A stretch of 64,000 nt of DNA. Source: an uncultured Planctomycetia bacterium (GTDB lineage: Bacteria > Omnitrophota > Gorgyraeia > 1-14-0-20-64-10). The DNA lies in contig CAYJQV010000005.1 in NCBI GenBank assembly GCA_964372395.1, positions 126-64,125 of the forward strand, read 5' to 3'. The notes under the pieces are model-generated. The model was not told the origin of the DNA. It saw only the letters and a program-made list of their open reading frames with translations, and ran no database searches. The number at the start of each line of letters is the position of its first letter. The first letter of the stretch is position 1. Below, piece by piece: positions 38,039 to 48,085 of this stretch. The translations under genes and the position numbers were made by a program.

Positions 38039-39728
38039 AAGCCATGTCCAGGATCATCTCGTCGATCGCCTTGCCCGGCGGGATGATCGGGAAGACCTTC
38101 TCCTCCTCGTCACAGAGGCAGTCCACCACCCAGCACTCCTTGTCGCTGAGCACCTTCTCCAGCGTGGGCCTGACCTCCTCCGGCTTGGAGATCGTCACCC
38201 CGCGCGCGCCGAATCCCTCGGCCACCTTGGCGAAGTCCGGCGGGCGGATGGCGCTGTGGGAGAAGCGCCTCCTGTAGAACATCTCCTGCCACTGCCGCAC
38301 CATCCCCAGGTAGAAGTTGTTGATGATGATCGATTTGATCGGGAGCTTGTGGTCCACCGCCGTCGCCAGCTCCTGGATGTTCATCACGAAGGAGCCGTCG
38401 CCGGTGAGGCAGATGACCCGCTCGTTCGGTCGGCCGAACTGCGCGCCGATCGCCGCCGGCAGGCCGTAGCCCATGGTGCCCAGCCCTCCGGAGGTGATGT
38501 AGGTGCGCGGGCGGGTCCACCGGTAAAACTGGCAGGCCCACATCTGATGCTGGCCGACGTCGGTGGTCATGAGGCAGTCGCCCCTCGTCAGCTCCGAGAG
38601 CGCCTCCAGCACGTACTGGGGCTTGAGCTTCCCGTTCTTCTCCTGCGTGTAGGTGAGCGGATGCTTCTTCTGCCACTCGTGGATCTGATCCCACCAGCCG
38701 CTGTAATCCGGCTTCTTCCTGAGCGCCTGGATCTGGCGGATGAGCTCCTTCAAGACGCGCTTCACGTCCCCCACGATCGGAACGTCCACCCGGACGCTCT
38801 TCCCGATGCAGGCCGGATCGATGTCGATGTGGATCTTCTTCGACTTGGGCGAGAAGGTGTCCACCTTGCCGGTCACACGGTCGTCGAAGCGGGCGCCGAT
38901 GTTCACCAGGAGGTCGCAGTACTGGACCGCGTAGTTCGTGGAGGCCGCCCCGTGCATCCCCAGCATCCGAAGCGACAGCGGCTTGTCCTCGGGATAGATC
39001 CCCAGCGCCATGCAGGTCGTGGTGACCGGGGCGCCGACCAGGTCCACCAGCTCCCGCACCTCCCCGGCTGCTTCGGACATGACCGCCCCGCCGCCCACGT
39101 AGATGACCGGCTTCTGAGCCTCGAGGATGAGCTTGGCCGCCTTGTCGATCTGCCCGCGGTGCCCCTCTATGAAGCGCTCCGGCTTGTAGCCGCGGATCTC
39201 AATCTTCTCCGGCCACGCGAACTCGATCTCGGCCTGCGAGACATCCACCGGGACGTCCACCAGCACCGGGCCCGGCTTGCCGGTCCCGGCGATGAAGAAC
39301 GCCTCCCGGATCGTCCGGGCCAGGTCGGCGACATCCTTCACGAGATAATTGTGCTTCGTGATCGGGCGGGTGATCCCGCAGGTGTCGGCCTCCTGAAAGG
39401 CGTCGTTGCCGATGAGGTAGGTCCGCACCTGCCCGGTGATCGCCACGATGGGGACCGAGTCCATGAAGGCGGTGGCCAGGCCGGTCACCAGGTTCGTCGC
39501 CCCCGGCCCGGAGGTCGCCATGCAGACCCCCACGCGCCCCGTGGCGCGGGCGTAGCCGTCGGCCATGTGGGCCGCCCCCTGCTCGTGCCGCACCAGCACA
39601 TGCTTCAGGGGGGCATCGTACAGCGCGTCATAGATCGGCAGGTTCGCCCCGCCGGGGTAGCCGAAGAGAATCTCCACCCCCTCCCGCTTGAGGCATTCCA
39701 CCAGGATCTGCGCACCCTTCATCTTCAT
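38037..39728 (-). CDS. ilvB: Acetolactate synthase large subunit
   Basis: 563 aa; ThDP-binding GDGSFVMNIQELATA, an FAD-binding domain, and a full-length AHAS fold. Confidence 0.95.
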   Translation of the reverse strand: MKMKGAQILVECLKREGVEILFGYPGGANLPIYDALYDAPLKHVLVRHEQGAAHMADGYARATGRVGVCMATSGPGATNLVTGLATAFMDSVPIVAITGQVRTYLIGNDAFQEADTCGITRPITKHNYLVKDVADLARTIREAFFIAGTGKPGPVLVDVPVDVSQAEIEFAWPEKIEIRGYKPERFIEGHRGQIDKAAKLILEAQKPVIYVGGGAVMSEAAGEVRELVDLVGAPVTTTCMALGIYPEDKPLSLRMLGMHGAASTNYAVQYCDLLVNIGARFDDRVTGKVDTFSPKSKKIHIDIDPACIGKSVRVDVPIVGDVKRVLKELIRQIQALRKKPDYSGWWDQIHEWQKKHPLTYTQEKNGKLKPQYVLEALSELTRGDCLMTTDVGQHQMWACQFYRWTRPRTYITSGGLGTMGYGLPAAIGAQFGRPNERVICLTGDGSFVMNIQELATAVDHKLPIKSIIINNFYLGMVRQWQEMFYRRRFSHSAIRPPDFAKVAEGFGARGVTISKPEEVRPTLEKVLSDKECWVVDCLCDEEEKVFPIIPPGKAIDEMILDMA

Positions 39729-39794
39729 CGCATCTTCTCCTTTCCCGTCAGCCGTCCGCGGCCCAACCGTAGGCCGTGTGGCTGAACCTTGGAT

Positions 39795-39821
39795 GGGGTC
39801 TGACCCCGCCGGGGTCAGACC
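39795..39821. repeat. Family-1 palindromic element pair GGGGTCTGACCCCG-C-CGGGGTCAGACC at the ilvD stop codon
   Basis: The ilvD TGA stop (39815-39817 rc) lies inside the right arm of the element. Confidence 0.8.
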
Positions 39822-41479
39822 TCAAGCACCGCTCCCTCGCTGGCCGAGCCAACGAGTCTCGCGTAGCGCGCCATGACGCCGGTCTTGTATTTCGGCGCGG
39901 GCGCCTTCCACTTCTTCAGGCGGATCTTGAGCTCCGCCGCAGTGAGATCCACATTCAACCGGCGCTTCTTCACGTCCACGGTGATGAGGTCCCCATTCTT
40001 CACCGCGGCGATCGGGCCGCCCACCGCGGCCTCCGGCGCCACATGCCCTGCCATCAGCCCGTGCGTCGCCCCGGAGAACCGCCCGTCGGTCAGCAGGGCC
40101 ACGGAGCTGCCCAGGCCCTCCCCCACCATCGCGCCGGTGACCGCGAGCATCTCCCGCATGCCGGGGCCTCCCTTCGGCCCCTCGTAGCGGATCACCACCA
40201 CGTCCCCCTTCCTGATCCTGCGGGCCTTGACCGCGGCGAAGGCATCCTCTTCACAGTCGAACACCCGCGCCGGGCCCCGGAAGAGCAGCTTCTGTTCTCC
40301 CGCCACCTTCAGCACGCATCCCTCAGGAGCCAGGTTCCCCCGCAGGATCGCCAGCCCCCCGCTCTTCTTCAAAGGGCTCGCCAGCGGGCAGACCACCTTC
40401 TGGCCTGAGGTCTCCCTGGCCAGGGCCGCCTCCTCGCCGATCGTGCGGCCGGTGACGGTGAGAGCCTTCTTCCTCAAGAGCCCCGCATCCAGCAAGCGCT
40501 TGGCCACCAGGCGGATCCCGCCCGCTCGGTGCATGTCCGGCGCGGTGAAACGCCCCCACGGCTTCATGTCCGCCCAGATCGGAGTGCGTCGGCTCACCCT
40601 GTCAAAATCACCGATCGAAAGCGTCACCCCCGCTTCCCTCGCCAGCGCCAGAAGGTGCAGCACCCCGTTCGTCGATCCGCCGGTGGCAACAATGCTAGCG
40701 ATCGCATTCTCAAAGGCCCCCCGGGTCAGGATCCGGCGCGGGGTCGGTCCCTTCCGGACCAGCTCCATCGCCAGCCGGCCCGCCTCGTAGGCGGCCCGGT
40801 CCTTCTCCGGGTCCATCGCCGGGATGGAGTTTGTCCCCATCGGAGAAATCCCCGAGAGCTCCATCGCTGTGGCCATGGTGTTGGCGGTAAACTGCCCGCC
40901 GCAGGCCCCCGGCCCCGGACAGGCGCTCTTCTCCAGCTCCAGAAGCTGCTTCTGGCTCATCCGTCCCGCCGCGCAGGCCCCCACCCCCTCGAACACGTCC
41001 TGGATCGTTACATCCCGTCCCTCGAACCGGCCCGGGGCGATCGAGCCGCCGTAGATCATCAGCCCCGGCAGATTCACCCGGGCCAGCGCCATCACGGTCC
41101 CCGGAATCGTCTTGTCGCAGCCGGAGATCGCCACCAGTCCGTCGAACAGGTGCCCTCGCGCCACGAGCTCAATCGAGTCGGCCACCACCTCGCGGCTCAC
41201 CAGCGAGCACTTCATCCCCTCCGTGCCCATCGAGATCCCGTCCGAGACTGAAACGGTGTTGAACTCGATCGGCACCCCGCCCGCGTCGCGGACCCCCCGC
41301 TTCACCTGCTCCGAGAGCCGCCGCAGATGGAAATTGCACGGCATCACCTCGGTCCAGGTGTTGGCCACCCCGATCAGCGGCTTGTCGAAGTCCGCATCGG
41401 ACAACCCAACCGCCCGAAGCATGGCCCGCGCGGGGGCGCGGCTCAGCCCCTTCTTCAGCGCGTCGCTGCGGAGCTTCAT
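39815..41479 (-). CDS. ilvD: Dihydroxy-acid dehydratase
   Basis: 554 aa; CDKTIPG (Fe-S cysteine), [11 protein letters not shown] and the [10 protein letters not shown] signatures of IlvD/EDD. Confidence 0.95.
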   Translation of the reverse strand: MKLRSDALKKGLSRAPARAMLRAVGLSDADFDKPLIGVANTWTEVMPCNFHLRRLSEQVKRGVRDAGGVPIEFNTVSVSDGISMGTEGMKCSLVSREVVADSIELVARGHLFDGLVAISGCDKTIPGTVMALARVNLPGLMIYGGSIAPGRFEGRDVTIQDVFEGVGACAAGRMSQKQLLELEKSACPGPGACGGQFTANTMATAMELSGISPMGTNSIPAMDPEKDRAAYEAGRLAMELVRKGPTPRRILTRGAFENAIASIVATGGSTNGVLHLLALAREAGVTLSIGDFDRVSRRTPIWADMKPWGRFTAPDMHRAGGIRLVAKRLLDAGLLRKKALTVTGRTIGEEAALARETSGQKVVCPLASPLKKSGGLAILRGNLAPEGCVLKVAGEQKLLFRGPARVFDCEEDAFAAVKARRIRKGDVVVIRYEGPKGGPGMREMLAVTGAMVGEGLGSSVALLTDGRFSGATHGLMAGHVAPEAAVGGPIAAVKNGDLITVDVKKRRLNVDLTAAELKIRLKKWKAPAPKYKTGVMARYARLVGSASEGAVLEV

Positions 41480-41517
41480 CTAATTTTTCATCCAGGGAAG
41501 TCCCGCAAAGCGGGGTT

Positions 41518-41724
41518 TCATCGCACTGTCGATACGATCTGGCTCGGCTGCCTGTCCGGCAGAGAGGAGCGGAGCCACTCTTCCAGCTCCGACCGCCGGA
41601 ACCGGATCGCCCGGCCAATCCGAACGGCAGGCAGCTCTCCGGCCTTGGCCTTCCGGTAAACCGTTTGAGGGTTTACCCTTAGGTACTCCGCCACTTCGGA
41701 AACCGTCATGACATCTTTGGGCAT
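41518..41724 (-). CDS. Excisionase-family helix-turn-helix DNA-binding protein (AlpA/Xis/MerR-like HTH_17)
   Basis: 68 aa; MTVSEVAEYLRVNPQTVYRKAKAGELPAVRIGRAIRFRRSELEEWL matches the excisionase-family HTH pattern (LTVxEAAEYLGVSxxTVYRLxxxGxLPAxKIGRxWRFxxxxLxxWL). Confidence 0.6.
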   Translation of the reverse strand: MPKDVMTVSEVAEYLRVNPQTVYRKAKAGELPAVRIGRAIRFRRSELEEWLRSSLPDRQPSQIVSTVR

Positions 41725-41911
41725 GGGCTTCTACTCCAGAAAGTCCAGAAACAAGCTCCAGAAACAACACGCCAGGCACCTTCCTCTATATGGGTGCCTG
41801 GCACCTTGGAGGAAATAATTATATTACAGGCAGGTGAAACCGCTGTCAACCGCTTTTATACTGGCTTATACTGGCGTGGATGAAGCGGCGGGGCATCGAG
41901 GATACCCGGAC
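41725..41911. promoter_or_regulatory. AT-rich structured spacer with direct repeats, upstream of the HTH gene
   Basis: Three TCCAGAAA(G/C) repeats (41736-41770), inverted repeat CCAGGCACC-N14-GGTGCCTGG, AT-rich GGAAATAATTATATTACAGG, and duplicated TTATACTGGC; a local GC trough. Confidence 0.45.
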
Positions 41912-44900
41912 TTACGCCGCGATCAGCAGGCCCAGCTCCTTATCAAGCTGCTGCCGGAGCTGAGTGCCGGTATCGGGAAGAGGGACACCGAGGAATTTCA
42001 GCAGATCCACCACAAACCGGACCGGATCGGCCAGGGAAAGATCGCGGGCCGGCTCTACGGAAATGCCGGCATGCCGCGCAAAGGGCTGGAAGTCCGAAAA
42101 CTCCGCATCGGAACCCAAGAAGGTGGCCGAAGCAATCTCCCTTCCGTACAGCCCCGCGGCCCAGCCGGCCCTGGCCTCCAACAGCTCCCCGCGGGCCATT
42201 CCCTGAATCTGCGGATCAAAGAAGATGAGCGGATGCAGCTCCCCCAGCGCCCCTTCCACCAGAGCCGGGAGGAACGGCATCGCGTCCCGGTAGATGGTGG
42301 GCCCCACCACCACCGCCTGCTTCCCCACCCGGCTGGCTGGCTGGCTCACCAACCGATGCAGGGTTGCCCTCACCCTCTCCTCAGCCGCCCGGACCTCCTC
42401 CATACCGGCGGTGTCCCCGACGGCGGCGTTGTAGATCTCCATCGACTGATAGGCCATCAGGAGGAGCTTCGCCAGGTTGGTGGTGACCGCAAAGACCGGC
42501 TCCCCCGACTCCGGGTCGGTCCCCTCATATCGGAAAGGCCAGTGGAGGTCATGGAACGGCTCTCCCACCACCTGCTCGACCTCGTCCGCCAATTCAGGAA
42601 TCCCGACTGATTTCCGCCGCGCCCAACCCAGCAGGACCTCTGGGGTATGGCGGCGACCCTCCTCCGCCGCCTTTCGCTGGATGACGGATGCGACAAAGAG
42701 CGCCGTCCTGCCGTAGGCATTGGTGTCCACAACGAGCAGCGGCGCCCCATCGGGAAGATTGGCGCTTGCGAACTGCCGGTACAGATGCGAGGCCTGCACC
42801 GCCACCGTGGGATCCTCCCTGAGAAGCCGTTCCACCCCTTCGTCAAACCGGCCTCTGAACTCCCGGTAGATCTGATCCCGCCGGGCCGGATCCCCCGCCG
42901 CCTCCTCCGGAAGGATCCCTCTCTGCCTGAGCAGATCCACGACGTCCGTCCATATTGCGGACGTTTTCTTGAGGGTGTGGTCCAGCACCGGGTCTCTTGC
43001 CCGGACCGATACGGACTCCCTCGGCGCACCCGGCTGGTAGATGAGATGCGCCTGGAAGGGCTCGCCCCGCACCGCCGCCTGGTACGCTCCGAACTCGTAC
43101 ACCGTCAGGGAGTCCCTCGCCAGAAGGATCGGCACACTGTGACGGCCCCGGATCGCATCCCAGAGGGCCGGAAGGTGGCGGACGTGGCTGCGGATGAACT
43201 CCACATCGGGAATCACCCGCCGGTTGCTCTCCAGAACCGCGGGGATTGCCTGCATCGCCTGCATTTCTCCGCGCCCCCGGAAACGTCCCGGCAGGAACTC
43301 ATACGAAGCGATGAAGCCCTCTGACAGCTCACGAAGGATCCGGCGGATCTCGGACTCGGTGAAGGCCCGCGGCCGGCCCTGCTCATCGCGCGGGAAGGCC
43401 TCCGGCGGCAGCAGCCAGAAGGGGCGGCGGACCTCCTCCATGGAGAGCATGCTTCGATAGATGAAAGACGTCATGCTGCGGATGAAGGCACTGACTGCAT
43501 CTCGTGCCGGGCTTCGAAGCACCAAACGCCGGCTGCTCTGGTAGAAATCCTCGATGCTGCCGGGCTCCCACCAGCCGCTCAGCGCCGGCTGCAGGATAAG
43601 CTCCGGCCTGTGGAAAGGGACCTTCCCGGGATTCCATCGAAATCCGGCCGATCGGGGTCCGCGGATCCGCAGCGGCTCCGGCCCCTGAAACCTGCGGCCC
43701 AGGCGCTGGATGACGCGCCGGATCGCGATATCCTGCAGATGCTCGGCCGCCGTCTCCTGCCTCGCGTAATCGGTCCCGCTGTCCCTGTTGCTGAGGGCGG
43801 TATCGTAGACATCCGAGGCCGACCGGATCAGCTCCTCCAGCTCCTCGGGGTGATCCCTGAAATAGACGTAGTACGCCTCCTCGTACAGGCCAAGCGCCTC
43901 CTCCTTGGAAAGGGGCCGGCCTTCCACCAGGTGAACCAGCTCCCATCCGTCGGGCCCGAACCATTCATTCAGCAAGCGTTCGATCGCCGGCCGGTTCCAA
44001 CCGAATGGCCCGGGACGGAGCGCCCCACCCTCCCTCCAGTAGTGGAGGAGCACCTCCGCCTTGGTTCGACCGAGTATGGCGCCCGGGTCGCGCCGAATCG
44101 GCCCGGCGGAACGGACCTGGAAGCGAAGCGGCCGGGATCTCCCCCGCGCCATCGTTTCCACGGCATCCACATGCCCGCGCAGATGCTGAAGCCGCCCGCC
44201 CGGCCCCCGCAGGCGGACAGGGGACTGGACCGCCCCCTTGCTGCCCAGGGGCGGGATATTCAGACGGAGCGTCCTGGGATCGAGAAGCCAGACCAGCTCC
44301 CGCCAGGCATCCCCATCCGGCAGGGGGACCGAAAGGAGAAGCTCCAGCTTCCGGTCGCTGAGAAACAGCCAGGTTCCGCGAGGCAGGAAGAGTGCAGGAA
44401 GGAGCTGCCAATCCTGATTCTCCGCCGTCCGGTACCAGACGCCGTTTTCGTCCAGGCGGAGTTCCGTCGCCTGCACGCTCCGGGCACCGGCCCACAGCTC
44501 CTCCAAGACCCATCCCTGCAGGGGAGCGTAAGGATTTTCCTTGCCAGCCTTCAGAGGAACCAGCTCGAATCTCGGTTCGCCATGAAACGTTTCCAGCTCG
44601 AGCTGCAGGCCCCAGCCGATCTGGACCGCCCCCTTGCCGGCGGCAACCTCCTCCAGGACCACCGGCCTCTGCTGCAGAAGCCTTGGAATTTCGCGCACAC
44701 CGTCTCGCCAAAGCGCCGGGTCCCTCAGCACGTCTGCCGCGATCTCGACGTCGGGAAGACCGGCCGCTTCAAAGATCCGATGGAGCTCGGCCGCCGAAGA
44801 TTCCTCCATCCCGGCGGCCGGGTTTCCTTCGGGCCTGAGCGCCTCCTCCAGGCCAGTTCTGCTTTTGCCCTCCGAGGCTGGCTGCGGGCGAAGCGTGTCC

Positions 44901-45025
44901 GACGCAAGAACAAGAGCCGGACAGAGGAATGGCGTGACTGGGCAGAGGAGCTGCGTCAGCAGAAAACCAACGAGCGTCAGCCGGGCGATCCGGTGGTCGC
45001 GGCTGACTCTGCGGAACTTGGTCAT
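41912..45025 (-). CDS. Large secreted/membrane-anchored hypothetical protein (about 1,037 aa), no recognisable domains
   Basis: A long ORF with uniform coding character. Taking the internal Met gives a signal-peptide-like N-terminus (MTKFRRVSRDHRIARLTLVGFLLTQLLCPVTPFLCPALVLASD) with an AGGA 4 nt upstream; alternative ATGs lie at 45052 and 45076. An AT-rich promoter-like region follows at 45077..45151. Confidence 0.5.
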   Translation of the reverse strand: MTKFRRVSRDHRIARLTLVGFLLTQLLCPVTPFLCPALVLASDTLRPQPASEGKSRTGLEEALRPEGNPAAGMEESSAAELHRIFEAAGLPDVEIAADVLRDPALWRDGVREIPRLLQQRPVVLEEVAAGKGAVQIGWGLQLELETFHGEPRFELVPLKAGKENPYAPLQGWVLEELWAGARSVQATELRLDENGVWYRTAENQDWQLLPALFLPRGTWLFLSDRKLELLLSVPLPDGDAWRELVWLLDPRTLRLNIPPLGSKGAVQSPVRLRGPGGRLQHLRGHVDAVETMARGRSRPLRFQVRSAGPIRRDPGAILGRTKAEVLLHYWREGGALRPGPFGWNRPAIERLLNEWFGPDGWELVHLVEGRPLSKEEALGLYEEAYYVYFRDHPEELEELIRSASDVYDTALSNRDSGTDYARQETAAEHLQDIAIRRVIQRLGRRFQGPEPLRIRGPRSAGFRWNPGKVPFHRPELILQPALSGWWEPGSIEDFYQSSRRLVLRSPARDAVSAFIRSMTSFIYRSMLSMEEVRRPFWLLPPEAFPRDEQGRPRAFTESEIRRILRELSEGFIASYEFLPGRFRGRGEMQAMQAIPAVLESNRRVIPDVEFIRSHVRHLPALWDAIRGRHSVPILLARDSLTVYEFGAYQAAVRGEPFQAHLIYQPGAPRESVSVRARDPVLDHTLKKTSAIWTDVVDLLRQRGILPEEAAGDPARRDQIYREFRGRFDEGVERLLREDPTVAVQASHLYRQFASANLPDGAPLLVVDTNAYGRTALFVASVIQRKAAEEGRRHTPEVLLGWARRKSVGIPELADEVEQVVGEPFHDLHWPFRYEGTDPESGEPVFAVTTNLAKLLLMAYQSMEIYNAAVGDTAGMEEVRAAEERVRATLHRLVSQPASRVGKQAVVVGPTIYRDAMPFLPALVEGALGELHPLIFFDPQIQGMARGELLEARAGWAAGLYGREIASATFLGSDAEFSDFQPFARHAGISVEPARDLSLADPVRFVVDLLKFLGVPLPDTGTQLRQQLDKELGLLIAA

Positions 45026-45151
45026 CCTATCGTCGGGCTCCGGACAATCCATGGAGGAAAAGCCGATGGTGCGCATCGGGTCCCGTATTAAAAGTTACTC
45101 GACAGCGGGCAGACTTTCAAGGAGAAATATCTTCCTATTTATTTCTGCTAA

Positions 45152-45589
45152 CTATTGGGCCAGGATCAGCGTGACGGGGCCGTCGTTGATGAGGCCGACC
45201 TGCATGCGGGCGGCAAACTGGCCTTCTCGGACCGGAAGGCCCGCCGCCTGAAGCTGCCGGACGAAAAGCTCGAGGAGCCGGCGGGCCTTCCCCGGTTCCT
45301 CGGCAGGATCAAAGCTGGGCCTTGTCCCCTTCGCGAGATCGGCAGCCAGCGTGAACTGGGAAACCACCAGCAGCTCTCCTCCCACTGCCTGGACGGAGAG
45401 ATTCATCTTGCCCTGATCGTCCTCGAAGATCCGAAGCTGCACCACCTTTCCGGCGAGATCCGTGGCCGCGGCCTCGGCATCCCCTTTCTCCACACCGACC
45501 AGCACCAGGAGTCCCTTGCCGATCCGGGAGATCTCCCGCCCATCCACGGAGACCCAGGCCTCCCGGACCCGTTGCAGAACGGCCTTCAA
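45152..45589 (-). CDS. dtd: D-aminoacyl-tRNA deacylase
   Basis: 145 aa; MKAVLQRV..., SQFTL motif, C-terminal NDGPVT. Confidence 0.9.
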   Translation of the reverse strand: MKAVLQRVREAWVSVDGREISRIGKGLLVLVGVEKGDAEAAATDLAGKVVQLRIFEDDQGKMNLSVQAVGGELLVVSQFTLAADLAKGTRPSFDPAEEPGKARRLLELFVRQLQAAGLPVREGQFAARMQVGLINDGPVTLILAQ

Positions 45590-45629
45590 GAATCGGTCCC
45601 TCCCGCTTGCGCCGGCGGCGCTGAGGGCA

Positions 45630-46193
45630 TCAGCGCTCGATCACCCCGCAGGCGATGCGGGCGCCCGCGTTGCCGGCTGGATCGGTCACATCGTCGTCGG
45701 CGCCGGCGTGGATCACCAGGCTCGTCCCGCCCGGCTTGAACAGAGAATGCTCTCCCGTGCCCAGTGTGACCCCCCGCGCCAGCAGCTCCACCGAAGCAGC
45801 CCCGTCGGGACCCACCAGGATGTTCGGGAGATCTCCGGCGTGCGGGCCTTGCGGATTCTTTCGGCCGTGCTTGCGGCCCTCCGGGTTGAAATGGCCGCCG
45901 GCCGACTTGAAGTCGGGCGGGTCGCATCGGCCGGCTTCGTGGATGTGAAAGGCATGGACACCTGGCGGAAGACCGCGCAGATCCATCTGAATCCGGATCC
46001 CACCCGGCCTCTCGGTGAGCGTTGCCTGGCCGACCTCCCGGCCGCCGGCGTCCCTCAGGGTCGCTCTCGCCTGCTGCGCCGAGGCGCGAGGCGGGGCTTC
46101 CGCTAGCGCCAGCCGCTCCCCCTGCCCCGCGCCGGCGGCCGAGGCCCAGAACGTCCAGAGGATCGCCGCCGCGATCGCTTGCATTCTCCTCAT
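45630..46193 (-). CDS. sodC: Cu/Zn superoxide dismutase (periplasmic)
   Basis: 187 aa; signal peptide, HAFHIHEAGRC, GGHFNP, GDLPN and HAGADD...GNAGARIACGVI metal-binding motifs. Confidence 0.9.
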   Translation of the reverse strand: MRRMQAIAAAILWTFWASAAGAGQGERLALAEAPPRASAQQARATLRDAGGREVGQATLTERPGGIRIQMDLRGLPPGVHAFHIHEAGRCDPPDFKSAGGHFNPEGRKHGRKNPQGPHAGDLPNILVGPDGAASVELLARGVTLGTGEHSLFKPGGTSLVIHAGADDDVTDPAGNAGARIACGVIER

Positions 46194-46981
46194 CTCAAAC
46201 CCTCCCTTGAATCAATGCGGCCACCGCGAATGAATCCGGCCACCGCCTGCTGAAACGGATCCGGCTGCTCCAGATTGACCAGGTGGCCTGCCCTTGGGAT
46301 CACCTCCAGCTTAGCCCCCGGGATGGCCCGCGCCAGCGCCCCTGCTTCGGAAACCGGGATGAAGGCATCCTCGTCTCCGGCGATGACGAGGACCGGGTGG
46401 GAGAGGCCTGCCAGCAGATCGCCGGAGTCGCGCCTGCCGGCCATCGCCACCAGCGCATCGGCCACTCCCTCCGGCCCGTTGCCAAGGATAAGCCGGGTCA
46501 CCCGCTCGATCACTGCTGGCCGGCTCGCAAGCGTAGTCTTGCCGACAAGCCGCGGCATCACGGTCTGAGGAAAAGAGCCCAACCCCTCGGCGCGGATCTT
46601 CTGCGCAGTCTTGAGGCGAATCCGGCGCCCCTCCGGCGTGTCCGGCGCGGCCCGCGTCGAGAAAAGCCCGAGGGCCCTCACGCGGGCAGGAAACTTCCGC
46701 ACGAACTCGAAGGCAACGTAGCCCCCCATGGAAAGCCCCCCGACGAACGCCGGCTCCTTCACATGGAGATGATCGAGAAGCTGCGCGACCGCGCGCGCCA
46801 TCTCCGGGATGGCTGGGGCCGCCTGCCGGGGCGATTTCCCGAACCCGGGCAGGTCGGGTGCGATCACCCGCGCACGTCCCGAGAGCAGCTGAATCTCGGC
46901 CTCCCACATCGCGGAAGAGAGAGGGAACGCGTGAAGCAGAACGATCGGAGGCCCGGAGCCGGCGGTTCGGGCAAAGAGCAT
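46190..46981 (-). CDS. Alpha/beta-fold hydrolase
   Basis: 263 aa; IVLLHAFP..., nucleophile elbow GGLSMGG, C-terminal His (AGHLVNLEQP). Confidence 0.7.
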   Translation of the reverse strand: MLFARTAGSGPPIVLLHAFPLSSAMWEAEIQLLSGRARVIAPDLPGFGKSPRQAAPAIPEMARAVAQLLDHLHVKEPAFVGGLSMGGYVAFEFVRKFPARVRALGLFSTRAAPDTPEGRRIRLKTAQKIRAEGLGSFPQTVMPRLVGKTTLASRPAVIERVTRLILGNGPEGVADALVAMAGRRDSGDLLAGLSHPVLVIAGDEDAFIPVSEAGALARAIPGAKLEVIPRAGHLVNLEQPDPFQQAVAGFIRGGRIDSREGLR

Positions 46982-46997
46982 GGCGACCGACGGAACC

Positions 46998-48074
46998 CTA
47001 CGCCAGCCCGACGAGCGGCTTGAAGAGCTCCACGTTGATCGCCTTGGTCATCGCCTGCCGCGCGCTGACCTTGCCGGCCTTGACGAGAGCCAGCAGGGAG
47101 GCATCCAGGGTCGTCATGCCGAAGGGCCCGCCGGTTTGGATCATGCTGGGGATCTGGTGCGTCTTCCCTTCCCGGATCATGGAGCGGATCGCGGGTGTCC
47201 CGACCATGATCTCCATGGCACACACCCGGCCCTTCCCGTCGGCCGTTGGCAAGAGCGCCTGCGAGATCACCCCCTCCAGGGTCTCGCCAAGCTGGGTCCG
47301 GATCTGCGCCTGCTGATGCGGAGGGAAGACATCCACGATCCGGTCCACAGTGGCAGCAGCACCCGTCGTGTGAAGGGTGCCGAAGACCAGGTGCCCGGTT
47401 TCCGCCGCGGTGACCGCCAGGGAGATCGTCTCGAGGTCCCGCATCTCTCCCACCAGGATCACCTCCGGGTCCTGGCGGAGGACGTGCCGCAGCGCCTCGG
47501 CGAAGGAGAGGGTGTCCGACCCCATCTCCCGCTGGCGGATGAGCGCCTTCTTGCTTTTGTAGACAAACTCGATCGGGTCCTCGATGGTCACCACGTGGAC
47601 CGCCTCCGTCTCGTTGATGTGGTCCACCATGGCGGCGAGCGTCGTGGATTTCCCGGAGCCGGTGGGACCCGTCACCAGGATGAGGCCCCGGCGCCTCCTG
47701 CAGAGCTGTTTGAGCACCGGAGGATGGCCAAGCTCGTCCAGCGACGGGGGCTCGGCCGGGATCGCCCGGAAGACCGCTCCCATCGCCTGGCCGTGGTAGA
47801 GAAGGTTCCCTCGAAAACGAGCCCCTGTCGCAAGCGAGGTGGAGAAGTCCAGCTCCCTCTCGGCTTGAAACTTCTGCCACTGCTGCCCGGTGAGGATCGA
47901 GTGGAGCATCTCCTCCAGGTCACTCGCCGAAAGGGCCTCCCCGTCCATTGAGACGAGAACCCCATGGATCCGATAGATGGGAGGGGTCCCTGCCGCCAGG
48001 TGAAGGTCGGAGGCCTTCTTCTCCTCCATCGCCTTGAGAAGCGCCTGGATCCGTGAAGCCGACGGTGCAGCCAT
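46998..48074 (-). CDS. pilT: Type IV pilus retraction ATPase
   Basis: 358 aa; Walker A GPTGSGKSTTLAAM, Asp box, Walker B VILVGEMRD, His box HLVFGTLHT, and the PilT-specific C-terminus. Confidence 0.9.
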   Translation of the reverse strand: MAAPSASRIQALLKAMEEKKASDLHLAAGTPPIYRIHGVLVSMDGEALSASDLEEMLHSILTGQQWQKFQAERELDFSTSLATGARFRGNLLYHGQAMGAVFRAIPAEPPSLDELGHPPVLKQLCRRRRGLILVTGPTGSGKSTTLAAMVDHINETEAVHVVTIEDPIEFVYKSKKALIRQREMGSDTLSFAEALRHVLRQDPEVILVGEMRDLETISLAVTAAETGHLVFGTLHTTGAAATVDRIVDVFPPHQQAQIRTQLGETLEGVISQALLPTADGKGRVCAMEIMVGTPAIRSMIREGKTHQIPSMIQTGGPFGMTTLDASLLALVKAGKVSARQAMTKAINVELFKPLVGLA

Positions 48075-48085
48075 CGTTCACCCTC

